64,000 bases of DNA from an uncultured virus (IMG/VR IMGVR_UViG_3300044617_001027) (IMGVR_UViG_3300044617_001027), one strand, 5' to 3'; numbered from the stretch's first letter, positions 9,327 to 18,549 are shown. The notes: generated by a model not told the origin, from the sequence alone. A program made the numbers and translations.

Positions 9327-9821
9327 TTACGCTAATTGAAAAATTTCTTTTGCTTTTAAAGACTGAATACAATCAAGCTCAATCATTCTCAATTCAAAGG
9401 TATTAGATTCCGTTTCCGGTTCTATTTCCTTCATTCTCTTAACTAAGGCTAATCGGTTCCGTTCTGTCGTTGCGTCCGGAAAACCCCATTTAACCTGCTT
9501 TCCTGGAATTAAGAACACGCGTAGAAATCTCTTAAGGTTCTTTGGATTGTCGAATAAATGCCCTTTGCTATCCAACGCTCTAGCCCAACCCGGATTAATA
9601 GCCACGCCTTCGCCTTCTCTATTCTCTAATCTTGTTTTGTAGGTGCTACCCAACTGACAAGTACGGAAAGTAATACAACGCACTTCTTCGCGTGTAATAC
9701 CATTGGCAGCCAACCAACCATAAGTTAGTTTTTTAGCTACCTTATCTGCTGATGACTCATACTGGATAGCGGCAAACGTGTTTTTAGGCGATAAGCCCTC
9801 GATGAAATTTAGAATACTCAT
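9327..9821 (-). CDS. hypothetical early protein
   Basis: 164-aa ORF; promoter at 9857. Confidence 0.8.
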   Translation of the reverse strand: MSILNFIEGLSPKNTFAAIQYESSADKVAKKLTYGWLAANGITREEVRCITFRTCQLGSTYKTRLENREGEGVAINPGWARALDSKGHLFDNPKNLKRFLRVFLIPGKQVKWGFPDATTERNRLALVKRMKEIEPETESNTFELRMIELDCIQSLKAKEIFQLA

Positions 9822-10055
9822 AAGACTTGTTGATTAAGTAGTTTAAAATTATGATACAAAGATAAGCATAAAAACAACACATAGTAGTTAAGGTAGTGTT
9901 AATGTTTTCCCTATTTTAGTTAAAGAAATGTTAAGATCCGGATCCGCAAAATTTACTCAGGCAGGGCTTTGCCCTGCCTGAGCGAAATTCACTAGCATGA
10001 AAGATCCCCGACGGACACTAAATCCGACGGGGCTAAAAAACAAGTTATTATATTT

Positions 10056-10286
10056 TTAGTAGTTTATGCCTCCTTCGCATCTACCGTTATTAAAAATTTG
10101 GTCGTCGCTTGGGTCTTCGTCGTAAATTGTTAGTATGTAATTTACAAAGTTTTCTAAGTCCTTTTTTGATATACCGTTGAACCCGTCGAAGTCCTTAAGT
10201 TCTGATACCGTTTCTTTTGCAAGTTGAATAAGCTCTTCGTTTATGTCATTTTGAGAGCTTGCAGATATTCTACTGTTGATTGCCAT
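10056..10286 (-). CDS. hypothetical acidic early protein
   Basis: 76-aa ORF; promoter at 10318. Confidence 0.75.
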   Translation of the reverse strand: MAINSRISASSQNDINEELIQLAKETVSELKDFDGFNGISKKDLENFVNYILTIYDEDPSDDQIFNNGRCEGGINY

Positions 10287-10367
10287 AACTTTATAATTTT
10301 AAGTGATTAATATGTTGCAAATATAAGGGGAATATTTGACATATCCAAACATTCCCCTATATTATTT

Positions 10368-11087
10368 TTAGTGTTTAGGAATATAAATATTTTTTGCGCT
10401 TATTGAATTGCCCGCACAAAGCCCACAATTGGCACAGGATACCCTTTTATCCTTTTCTATAGTTGGTGATGATGGACACATAATACTGTTTTCTATGGTG
10501 CCTACATTGAACGTCCTGAAGCCTAAATCATTGGCTATTTTTGCCTCAAAAATATTATGCGTCGAAGCCATTAATAATTTAGCATATTCCTTAAATTCAG
10601 GTTTGTTCCATTGGTGCGTATAACCCGTTTTACGCTTTGCTAATTTAGATAAACCGTCTAACAGGTCTAATGGCAATGTAACTGCTTCGCCGTATGAACC
10701 GAACCGGACTAATGAAATATCCATATTTTTAGTGCTTAATTTATCGGCGTATTTGTTTAATAAAGGTAATACGTCGTTATAATTTTTACCTAACAAGCCT
10801 AATTTGTACCGCTTATTAAGAGAGCGTAATTTAGACTTTAAGCCGTATAACATTAAACCTTTATGCGTATAACAGCCGCCGCTTTTACCGTCGTTCTGAT
10901 TAAAGCTAAAAGGACAGTCTAAACAATTTTCTTTATCCATAGTAAAGTCATTGTTTATAACTTGTTGCAAATCAAAATGATATGTTTGCACTACAAAACG
11001 GCCGCCTAATTTTTTTGTAGCCGATAATTTGAGGTCTATAGAATGTACTGTTTGACCTAAAATAAAATTAAAACCGAAAATTTTCAT
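10368..11087 (-). CDS. Cys-rich putative Fe-S/radical-SAM-like protein (GYTHQW family), paralog 2
   Basis: Shares QTYHF, CxDCxFSxNxNxGKSGGCYTH, GYTHQW, MASTHNIF and SCAxCGLC with 5344..6051. Confidence 0.6.
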   Translation of the reverse strand: MKIFGFNFILGQTVHSIDLKLSATKKLGGRFVVQTYHFDLQQVINNDFTMDKENCLDCPFSFNQNDGKSGGCYTHKGLMLYGLKSKLRSLNKRYKLGLLGKNYNDVLPLLNKYADKLSTKNMDISLVRFGSYGEAVTLPLDLLDGLSKLAKRKTGYTHQWNKPEFKEYAKLLMASTHNIFEAKIANDLGFRTFNVGTIENSIMCPSSPTIEKDKRVSCANCGLCAGNSISAKNIYIPKH

Positions 11088-11331
11088 AACTTGTTACTTT
11101 AAAGATTAATAAAACGCTTTCGCTTAATTGCTATTGCATTACAAAGATAAACAAAAAATCAATACCTGGTAGTTAATAAGTGTTAATATTTTCGCTATTT
11201 TAGTTAAAGAAATGTTAAAATCCGGATCCACGAAATTTACTCAGGCAAGGCTAAAGCCTTGCCTGAGCGAAATTCACTGGCATGACAAATCCCCGACGGA
11301 CACTAAATCCGACGGGGCAAAAAACAAGTTA

Positions 11332-11526
11332 TTATATTTTTATATTTAGTTCGTCCAAAAAGACTTCCGCCTCTGAACGTCCTTCATTGTATTGTATTAG
11401 TATTGGTAAATCAGTTACCCAATTATCACTATCATCTATATAGTCTATGTAAGATACAATAAAACCACACCAAACAACAGGAATATTATTATTAATTGCC
11501 ATTCTTAATTCTGCAAAACTTTTCAT
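11332..11526 (-). CDS. hypothetical early protein
   Basis: 64-aa ORF followed by a terminator hairpin. Confidence 0.7.
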   Translation of the reverse strand: MKSFAELRMAINNNIPVVWCGFIVSYIDYIDDSDNWVTDLPILIQYNEGRSEAEVFLDELNIKI

Positions 11527-11591
11527 AAATTAATTTTAAGGTGATAAAGAAAGGAAGAGCCTCAAGGCCCTTCCTGTTTATAAATTCCGTT

Positions 11592-11780
11592 CTACAGTCG
11601 GTTGTATTGGGCCTTCGCTACTTTAAATTGAGTATCGGATAAAATGCCCTTTGCCCACTTTCTGAATGTTGAAAAGTTGTTTACCGATTCAACCTCTTTG
11701 TCGTTCTGATTTACGCGGACTTTGCCGCCAAATGAGAAAACGATTCTAATTCCATTTGATTCTAACATTGTGCTTTTCAT
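11592..11780 (-). CDS. hypothetical early protein
   Basis: 62-aa ORF; promoter at 11821. Confidence 0.7.
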   Translation of the reverse strand: MKSTMLESNGIRIVFSFGGKVRVNQNDKEVESVNNFSTFRKWAKGILSDTQFKVAKAQYNRL

Positions 11781-11873
11781 GGTGCTTGTTTTTACGTTTA
11801 AGTGATTAAAAATTATAAAGCAAAGATAAGGGTATTGAATGTATCATGCAATACCCTCGGTGTTAATGTTTTG

Positions 11874-12050
11874 TTAAATTAGTAATGTTGTAAAAACTAC
11901 AATTAATACTAACCATACCGAAACACCCATGTAAAGTTTTAATAAGGTTTCTTTTACCGTATCACCATCGGATTCACTATTTAAAATCATAGCGTATAAA
12001 CCGATAGGAAACATACAGCCCAAAAATAAAACTAAAATTAATAGGTACAT
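11874..12050 (-). CDS. small two-TM membrane protein (58 aa, not in ORF track)
   Basis: MYLLILVLFLGCMFPIGLYAMIL...LYMGVSVWLVLIVVFTTLLI*; promoter at 12093; stop inside a TTAAC box. Confidence 0.7.
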   Translation of the reverse strand: MYLLILVLFLGCMFPIGLYAMILNSESDGDTVKETLLKLYMGVSVWLVLIVVFTTLLI

Positions 12051-12253
12051 AACTTGATTTTTTAACGCCTTCGCTTCCTTGCGACTGCATTACAAAGATA
12101 AGCATAAAACCAATACATAGTAGTTAACGAAGTGTTAATATTTTCGCTATTTTAGTTAAAGAAATGTTAAGATCCGGATCCACAAAATTTACTCAGGCAA
12201 GGCTAAAGCCTTGCCGGAGCGAAATTCGCTCCAGCTAGGCCATCTGCTTCATC

Positions 12254-12490
12254 TTAGTTGCACTCACATTTAATCCGTAATGTGTTCACGTCAACTTTGA
12301 TTGTGTTGTACTCAAGGTCTATACCGTAGTACTTAACCGTTTCGTTAATCAAAGAATCCGTTTTAGTAAACGTTCCAGGCATTTCCCATGACCGTCTACC
12401 CACCTCTTGAATGTGTTCCGTTTTGCCACCGTTCGCCTGTGGAACGCATACATAAACGTAAATAGAAATAATTATTAATTTGCCTAACAT
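12254..12490 (-). CDS. hypothetical protein with hydrophobic N-terminus
   Basis: 78-aa ORF. Confidence 0.65.
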   Translation of the reverse strand: MLGKLIIISIYVYVCVPQANGGKTEHIQEVGRRSWEMPGTFTKTDSLINETVKYYGIDLEYNTIKVDVNTLRIKCECN

Positions 12491-12555
12491 AATATAAAAA
12501 TTTAAAGGTTAAAAATTTTTTAAAGCGGGGTGAACTTTCGTTCACCCCTTTTGTT

Positions 12556-12846
12556 TTACTTAGCCGTGTTTACAAAAGCCCACGATTCTTTTTGCTCAAA
12601 AGTAGCAATACCTTCTTTTTGTTCGGTATCTTTTCTAGTTTTTAGCATTCTTTCAAGTCTATGAACCGCTTTTGAATAAGTCCAAGTTTTTAGCATATTC
12701 TTTTTTACAAAGAACCTACCTACTGTTTGACTTGCTGTTAATTGCTCAATCATTTCAGCTTTAAGTTCCTTGCTTCTAGCTTCTAAAATTGCTTTTGCTG
12801 ATTCAACTTCTGCTAATTCAGACTCAATAACTACTAAATTTCTCAT
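12556..12846 (-). CDS. small coiled-coil phage protein
   Basis: 96 aa with KTWTYSxxV..LK..EQ.EGIA pattern. Confidence 0.75.
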   Translation of the reverse strand: MRNLVVIESELAEVESAKAILEARSKELKAEMIEQLTASQTVGRFFVKKNMLKTWTYSKAVHRLERMLKTRKDTEQKEGIATFEQKESWAFVNTAK

Positions 12847-12894
12847 AACCTGTTTTGTTTTAAAGTGATTAATTAATTGCTTTTGATTGCATCA

Positions 12895-13090
12895 CAAATA
12901 TACAACAGAAAACTGTATATTCCTAATATTGGTACATATATTTTGCTAAAAACACCCTATTTTGATCCCAAAAAAATTACTCGGGCTTCTTTCCTCTTCT
13001 CCCGAGTGAAATCCGTCGGCATCCGTTCCGTTGTGAATCCGTTCCGTTTAGGCATAAAAAAACCCCGAACCGTTTCCGGTCCGGGGCTGT
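12895..13090 (-). repeat. type B regulatory module (terminator + ACGGA run + inverted repeat + promoter), ~195 bp
   Basis: Copies at about 13579-13700, 14606-14800, 15267-15450, 15994-16180, 16657-16851, 17286-17478, 18042-18228, 18777-18895; each carries TATATTTG and TTACTCGGGCTTCTTTCCTCTTC. Confidence 0.95.
13055..13088 (-). terminator. repeated intrinsic terminator
   Basis: GCCCCGGACCGGAAACGGTTCGGGG+TTTTTTT; variants near 14773, 15424, 16153, 16824, 17454, 18201, 19686. Confidence 0.85.
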
Positions 13091-13096
13091 TTGGTT

Positions 13097-13531
13097 TTAG
13101 AACTCTTGCCACATTTCCTGTGTGATATCCTGCATTTCCTGTAACCAGCTATCGAAGAAGGGATGTTGAGACTCGTCGTACTGCTCCCATTGTTCTGCTT
13201 TGTATAACCCTTCCCAGAACTCAAGGTCTTCAGGTAACGCGTCTACTTGCTGTGGGTAGAAACCTTCGGAATTGTAAGGTAGTAAAGACATAAATATGGA
13301 CTCCTCTGTTTTCTTTGCCCAATCCTTTAATTGTTGGATGTAGTATTCAGGTTCAAAGTCATATCTTGATCCTTCTTCTAATCTACTTTGACATTCTCTA
13401 AACGCCTCGTAAAATACTTTTGCAGTGTGCTCTTTTGGCATGTATATACCACTTACATACACTTGAGATACATTTAAAATTGGAAACATGGCATTGAACA
13501 TAGTTCCCATTGACTTTAGATTGTTTTCCAT
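13097..13531 (-). CDS. hypothetical acidic early protein
   Basis: 144 aa with an E/D/W-rich C-terminal half. Confidence 0.8.
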   Translation of the reverse strand: MENNLKSMGTMFNAMFPILNVSQVYVSGIYMPKEHTAKVFYEAFRECQSRLEEGSRYDFEPEYYIQQLKDWAKKTEESIFMSLLPYNSEGFYPQQVDALPEDLEFWEGLYKAEQWEQYDESQHPFFDSWLQEMQDITQEMWQEF

Positions 13532-13750
13532 AAGGATAAAATATTTAAGTGATTAATTAATTGCTTTTGATTGCCCTACAAATATACAACGCAAAACTGT
13601 ATATTCCTATTATTTTGTCAATTATTTTGCTAAAAACACCTTATTTTGATCCCAAAAAATTTACTCGGGCTTCTTTCCTCTTCTCCCGAGTGAAATTCGG
13701 CGGGGATCAGTCATTAACCAATCCCAGCCATAAACTTCATCTATCCTCAT

Positions 13751-14020
13751 TTATAAAAACCAGTACTTAAGACATACCAATGCAATGTATATCCATACTA
13801 CATCATTAAAAATAGATCTCATATTAATTTTATCATCTTTACTTACAATGTTTAATAATTCTTTACATATATCCCAAATGTTATTAATGACAATGATAAC
13901 TAATAATAACTTAATCCAGAATGCCCAATCATGAGGAACTGCATCAATGGATAAAAATTTCATTACATGCGTTCCAAAATTGATTGCATCATTATTTAAA
14001 AGAGATGATAGAGTGTTCAT
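13751..14020 (-). CDS. hypothetical membrane protein
   Basis: 89 aa with two hydrophobic segments. Confidence 0.6.
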   Translation of the reverse strand: MNTLSSLLNNDAINFGTHVMKFLSIDAVPHDWAFWIKLLLVIIVINNIWDICKELLNIVSKDDKINMRSIFNDVVWIYIALVCLKYWFL

Positions 14021-14110
14021 GTTAATATGTTTGAAATGTAATATGATAAAATGTAATCCGTTCTAATGATAAGATGAACCCCGACCGTTCTAAGCCGGGG
14101 TTCGACCGTT

Positions 14111-14245
14111 CTAAAAGATGTTCTTAATGATGATGTCAATTACAATGGCTACCATCATAAGACACATGCCTAAGTAAAAGGACATGCAAAAAATGATTAG
14201 ATGATTGTTTTTGATGTCGTTTAAAAGTCTTTGAGTTCTTGACAT
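14111..14245 (-). CDS. small single-TM protein (44 aa, not in ORF track)
   Basis: MSRTQRLLNDIKNNHLIIFCMSFYLGMCLMMVAIVIDIIIKNIF*; preceded by the ACCACTTAAA leader. Confidence 0.65.
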   Translation of the reverse strand: MSRTQRLLNDIKNNHLIIFCMSFYLGMCLMMVAIVIDIIIKNIF

Positions 14246-14310
14246 GATTTTTATTTAAGTGGTTTAAAAAGTGCCCCGCGATATAACCGCGGGGCTTGTT
14301 GGTTTTAAGA

Positions 14311-14550
14311 TTATTTTAAACAATCCTGAATAAATTCTACGGCATTATTCAATAACCTTTCTGTTGAATGTACATGAATGTTTTCAACTTCATTTGGAAA
14401 TTTACCTTTTAATCTGTAAAATTCCTCTCTTGTTTTTAAAATAGATTCTAAGTACTTTTCCTGTGATTCCTTTGAACCATAATACTTTTGTTCAACCATT
14501 GTTGAAATAATCAAATCCGTGAATGCTTGGCTTACAATGAATGCTGACAT
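14311..14550 (-). CDS. hypothetical early protein
   Basis: 79 aa; promoter at 14606. Confidence 0.75.
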   Translation of the reverse strand: MSAFIVSQAFTDLIISTMVEQKYYGSKESQEKYLESILKTREEFYRLKGKFPNEVENIHVHSTERLLNNAVEFIQDCLK

Positions 14551-14812
14551 AATAGTAAAAATTTAAGTGATTTATAATTGCTCTCAATTCCCTTTGAGTG
14601 CCTCACAAATATACAACCAGTTATGCTATATTCCTAATATTGGTACATATATTTTGCTAAAAACACCCTATTTTGATCCCAAAAAAATTACTCGGGCTTC
14701 TTTCCTCTTCTCCCGAGTGAAATCCGTCGGCATCCGTTCCGTTGTGAATCAGTTCCGTTTGGGCATAAAAAAACCCCGAACCGTTTCCGGTCCGGGGCTT
14801 TCTGTTTAGGAG

Positions 14813-15235
14813 TTACATAAAGAGAAGCCACTGATATTCTAATCCTCTAGCAAGTAAATAATCTCCAAAGGACATTGAGCCGTGAGTAGAAGAGTGACAC
14901 ACGCAATCGTGAATGTCAACGGCTGGAGTGATGTGAGGGATTAAAGCCTGCTTCAGGAACCCTTTAACCGCGCCATTATAGGTGCAGTATGTTTTGCCGT
15001 CTCTTTCTTCAATTTCGTAGGTGAACTGGCTCCACGCCGTGTAGATTAGCATATATTGCTCTTTCCAAATTATCTCCGCATAAGAGTCGGTAAACTCTAA
15101 GTCTACCATTTTTGCTTTGTTACGGTAGGGTACCCCGTTTTCGTCGTGTACCATTTCAAAATCAGAGTATTTGTCAGATTGGCAATACTCTAATAGGTCT
15201 TGAATAGACTGAGAAATTTCAAATGTGATTTTCAT
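14813..15235 (-). CDS. hypothetical early protein
   Basis: 140 aa flanked by type B modules. Confidence 0.8.
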   Translation of the reverse strand: MKITFEISQSIQDLLEYCQSDKYSDFEMVHDENGVPYRNKAKMVDLEFTDSYAEIIWKEQYMLIYTAWSQFTYEIEERDGKTYCTYNGAVKGFLKQALIPHITPAVDIHDCVCHSSTHGSMSFGDYLLARGLEYQWLLFM

Positions 15236-15455
15236 GCTCGAAATATTTAAGTGATTAACTATGCCTCAAATATACGATGGAAAACTGTATATTCCTATTA
15301 TTTTGTCAATTATTTTACCAAAAACACCCTATTTTGATCCCAAAAAATTTACTCGGGCTTCTTTCCTCTTCTCCCGAGTGAAATTCATCGGCATCCGTTC
15401 TGAATCCGTTTGAGCATAAAAAAACCTGAACCGTTTCCGGTCCAGGGCTTCCGTT

Positions 15456-15644
15456 CTACTCTCTTCCTTTGTTAAATCCTTTTTTAAACGCCTCTTCTAA
15501 TTCCTTTTCATACATGATTTTTGCTTCCGCAAGTGCTTCTTCAAAGGCCCTGTACACTGAATTATAATACTCATCAGCATCAAGTACTTTATCGTACAAA
15601 TAATCTAAAGAGGTTTGCTGAATGATTTCTTGATTGTTTTCCAT
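15456..15644 (-). CDS. hypothetical early protein
   Basis: 62-aa helical, acidic ORF. Confidence 0.7.
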   Translation of the reverse strand: MENNQEIIQQTSLDYLYDKVLDADEYYNSVYRAFEEALAEAKIMYEKELEEAFKKGFNKGRE

Positions 15645-15701
15645 TTTGTTTAAATTTAAGGGGTTTAAAATAGCCCCGCGTTTTACCGCGGGGCTTGTTA
15701 A

Positions 15702-15956
15702 TTAATAATTTTTTCCTAAGAACTCCTTTAAAGTAGGTCTGTACCCGATTATTTCAAAGTAAGCCCTATCTGCCTCTTCCTTGAAATCGAAATAAGCATC
15801 TTTCTCGTCCTGCTCTATTTGAGCATCAATTTCCTGCTGAAGGTCAAAAGCTAGGTCCTCGAAAACAGTTAAGTCTAAGCTTACGTTTTCATTGTAAGTA
15901 ATTTCAATTGCATTTTTTAGCGTATTTAAAACGCTTAATTCCTGAGTGTACCCCAT
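15702..15956 (-). CDS. hypothetical acidic early protein
   Basis: 84 aa; promoter at 15994. Confidence 0.75.
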   Translation of the reverse strand: MGYTQELSVLNTLKNAIEITYNENVSLDLTVFEDLAFDLQQEIDAQIEQDEKDAYFDFKEEADRAYFEIIGYRPTLKEFLGKNY

Positions 15957-16185
15957 GGTTTTTTTGTTTTTATTTAAGTGATTAATTATGTCTCAAATAT
16001 ACAACAGAAAACTGTATATTCCTAATATTGGTACATATATTTTGCTAAAAACACCCTATTTTGATCCCAAAAAATTTACTCGGGCTTCTTTCCTCTTCGT
16101 CCGAGTGAAATACGCTAGCCCTCTCCGGCTACGTTCTATTGAATAAGAGAGAGCCTCCGTCCGTTTCCGTCCGGAGGCTTCCGTT

Positions 16186-16311
16186 CTACTCTTCGTCCTC
16201 TTCGTCCTCTTCCTCTTGCCCCTCCACTAATTCACATACTAAGAGGTCCGCCTCATAGTCGTCAAGTAACTCCTCAGTTACTAAGGTTCTTAAAAACTCT
16301 TCGTGGCTCAT
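16186..16311 (-). CDS. very acidic 41-aa protein (not in ORF track)
   Basis: MSHEEFLRTLVTEELLDDYEADLLVCELVEGQEEEDEEDEE*; preceded by the leader motif, followed by a terminator. Confidence 0.7.
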   Translation of the reverse strand: MSHEEFLRTLVTEELLDDYEADLLVCELVEGQEEEDEEDEE

Positions 16312-16371
16312 AACTTGTTTAAATTTAGTGGTTTAAAATAGCCCCGCGTTTTACCGCGGGGCTTGTTGAAT

Positions 16372-16626
16372 TTACTTGCAAATTTTGTCTACAATCTTTG
16401 CGATGGTGCAGTTTAAATCCTTTGGTACTTTAATACCGTAAGGCTTTAATACCTTATTGTATTCCTTCGCAAAGATAGCCAAAGTTTTGTTTTCTGATTT
16501 GCCGTAGCTCTTGCGAGCTGCAATCATATCGGCACGTTCCATTGACGCCCATACGGCTTCACATGGATTTTGCGCACCCATTACAGATGCAACAAACATG
16601 AATAAAACAAAAAGAACATTTTTCAT
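16372..16626 (-). CDS. small secreted protein
   Basis: Signal peptide MKNVLFVLFMFVASVMGA|Q (Bacteroidota-style Gln at +1). Confidence 0.7.
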   Translation of the reverse strand: MKNVLFVLFMFVASVMGAQNPCEAVWASMERADMIAARKSYGKSENKTLAIFAKEYNKVLKPYGIKVPKDLNCTIAKIVDKICK

Positions 16627-16861
16627 AACAATATTTTTAATGATTAACTGATGCTTCAAATATACAACATAAAATCATATAATCATAACTTTTTATCATG
16701 TATTTTCAATGTTATGATGTATTTTGCCCCCAAAAAAATTACTCGGGCTTCTTTCCTCTTCGTCCGAGTGAAATGCGTCGGCATCCGTTCCGTTGTGAAT
16801 ACGGTCCGTTTGGATATAAAAAAACCCTGAACCGTTTCCAGTCCAGGGCTTCGTCTCTGTT

Positions 16862-17254
16862 TTAATCTACAGAGACGTATACAACATCGTCTTGATGTCT
16901 CACTATTCTCAACTCCCATAAGAAGCTGATATACTCGAAGTTTATTTGAGGCCCCTCCTCATCAGTTACCACAAGTTCCCCCCCAGAGGGGAGCTTTGCG
17001 GAGCTGTAATAGTTACCGCCAATCCACTCCGATGCTATTTCTAGCACCCCAAATTTGGTGCATAAGCACCAAACATTCCATTGACCCTCCCAGGTCAATT
17101 TAACAGATGTGCCAAATGGCACAAATGTCTTTTCTTTTTGGTCGTTGACCGCAAAGCAGTCTCTTCCGAAAAAGAAAAATCCTGCATCTCTCTTTTCAGA
17201 GAGATGCGACAAGCCCCTTTCCCAGAGCTTGTTTAAATAAATTCCTTGCGACAT
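16862..17254 (-). CDS. hypothetical early protein
   Basis: 130 aa flanked by type B modules. Confidence 0.75.
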   Translation of the reverse strand: MSQGIYLNKLWERGLSHLSEKRDAGFFFFGRDCFAVNDQKEKTFVPFGTSVKLTWEGQWNVWCLCTKFGVLEIASEWIGGNYYSSAKLPSGGELVVTDEEGPQINFEYISFLWELRIVRHQDDVVYVSVD

Positions 17255-17487
17255 AACTAAAATATTTAAGTGATTAACTATGCCTCAAATATACGACCAG
17301 TTAGGCTATATTCCTAATATTTTGGCAATTATTTTGTTAAAAACACCCTATTTTGATCCCAAAAAAATTACTCGGGCTTCTTTCCTCTTCGCACGAGTGA
17401 AATCCGTCGGCATCCGTTCCGTTGTGAATCCGTTCCGTTTGGGCATAAAAAAACCCTGAACCGTTTCCGGTCCAGGGCGTGAACTAT

Positions 17488-17736
17488 TTACATGACTCCC
17501 GCCATTTGCGCAGACCTGTCTACGTCCGCGCAATGTAATTTTAAATTGTGAAGAGCCGTTCTTAGCTCTTTTGTTGCTTCGTCTATGCTTTCATTAAAAG
17601 CGAAAGCATCTTGTCCTTCCTCATACTTTAGAGATAAGCACTTATTTTGTGCCTCTTCTAAAGCAATGAATAATTCACCTAATTTTGTAATCTCTCTTTT
17701 TCCATCCCAACGGACAGATGAAAATAAATTTTCCAT
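17488..17736 (-). CDS. hypothetical early protein
   Basis: 82 aa. Confidence 0.7.
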   Translation of the reverse strand: MENLFSSVRWDGKREITKLGELFIALEEAQNKCLSLKYEEGQDAFAFNESIDEATKELRTALHNLKLHCADVDRSAQMAGVM

Positions 17737-17797
17737 TTTTTTTTAGTTTAAGAAGTTTAGAAATTGCCCTGCGGTTAAACCGCAGGGCTTTACTGAT

Positions 17798-18007
17798 TTA
17801 AATTCCGAGTATAGCGTAGATATACTCCTTCGCCTGCTTTGGCGTCGCACGAACGCAACGTTCGTGCTTGAATCTTTCAGGGCTTACACCCTTTGGGAAA
17901 GGTGTAAGAGTTACGTAAACGTGGCTGCTGTTCCGGCCAGCCCATTTGCCATTCGCTAACTGGTAGAAATCAAAAGCGACCACGTCGCCAAAAAAGAATC
18001 TTTTCAT
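17798..18007 (-). CDS. hypothetical early protein
   Basis: 69 aa; promoter at 18042. Confidence 0.7.
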   Translation of the reverse strand: MKRFFFGDVVAFDFYQLANGKWAGRNSSHVYVTLTPFPKGVSPERFKHERCVRATPKQAKEYIYAILGI

Positions 18008-18232
18008 AAGTGATAATAAATTTAAGTGATTAACTATGCCTCAAATATACGACCAGTTAGGCTATATTCCTAATATTTTGGCAATTATTTTGCTAAAAAC
18101 ACCCTATTTTGATCCCAAAAAAATTACTCGGGCTTCTTTCCTCTTCGCACGAGTGAAATACGCTAACCCTCTCCGGCTACGTTCCATTGAATAAGAGAAA
18201 GCCTCCGTCCGTTTCCGTCCGGAGGCTTCCGT

Positions 18233-18337
18233 CTAACATCCGCAAGCCATGCCTGCAAAGATGAATAGACAAGAAAGGCTTATAATTATAACCGCAAGAA
18301 CGATTATAGTTTCCAATTCACCATCTAATTTTTTCAT
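18233..18337 (-). CDS. small single-TM peptide (34 aa, not in ORF track)
   Basis: MKKLDGELETIIVLAVIIISLSCLFIFAGMACGC*; A-rich leader, terminator downstream. Confidence 0.6.
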   Translation of the reverse strand: MKKLDGELETIIVLAVIIISLSCLFIFAGMACGC

Positions 18338-18396
18338 AACTTATTTTTTTGTTGTTTAAAAATACGCGTTGTTGGTATGCGCGTCCCACCTTTGTT

Positions 18397-18549
18397 TTAT
18401 AGAGGCGTTCCCTCAATTTCCGTGATTCGATAATATACCCCATTATCGAATTCGGTAACGTGTACAGTATTCCTGTACTTGTTAGGGTATTTTTGAATTG
18501 CGTTTTTAGCGCACTTCAAATACTTATAAAATTTAACTTGATAAAGCAT
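18397..18549 (-). CDS. small hypothetical protein (50 aa, not in ORF track)
   Basis: [22 protein letters not shown]...EGTPL*. Confidence 0.6.
   Translation of the reverse strand: MLYQVKFYKYLKCAKNAIQKYPNKYRNTVHVTEFDNGVYYRITEIEGTPL

Noticed and set aside
416..12230. Integron attC cassette array (genes end in TAAC followed by a hairpin)
   Set aside because: There is no matching GTTRRRY R' box closing the hairpin, each unit carries its own promoter, and no integron integrase is visible.
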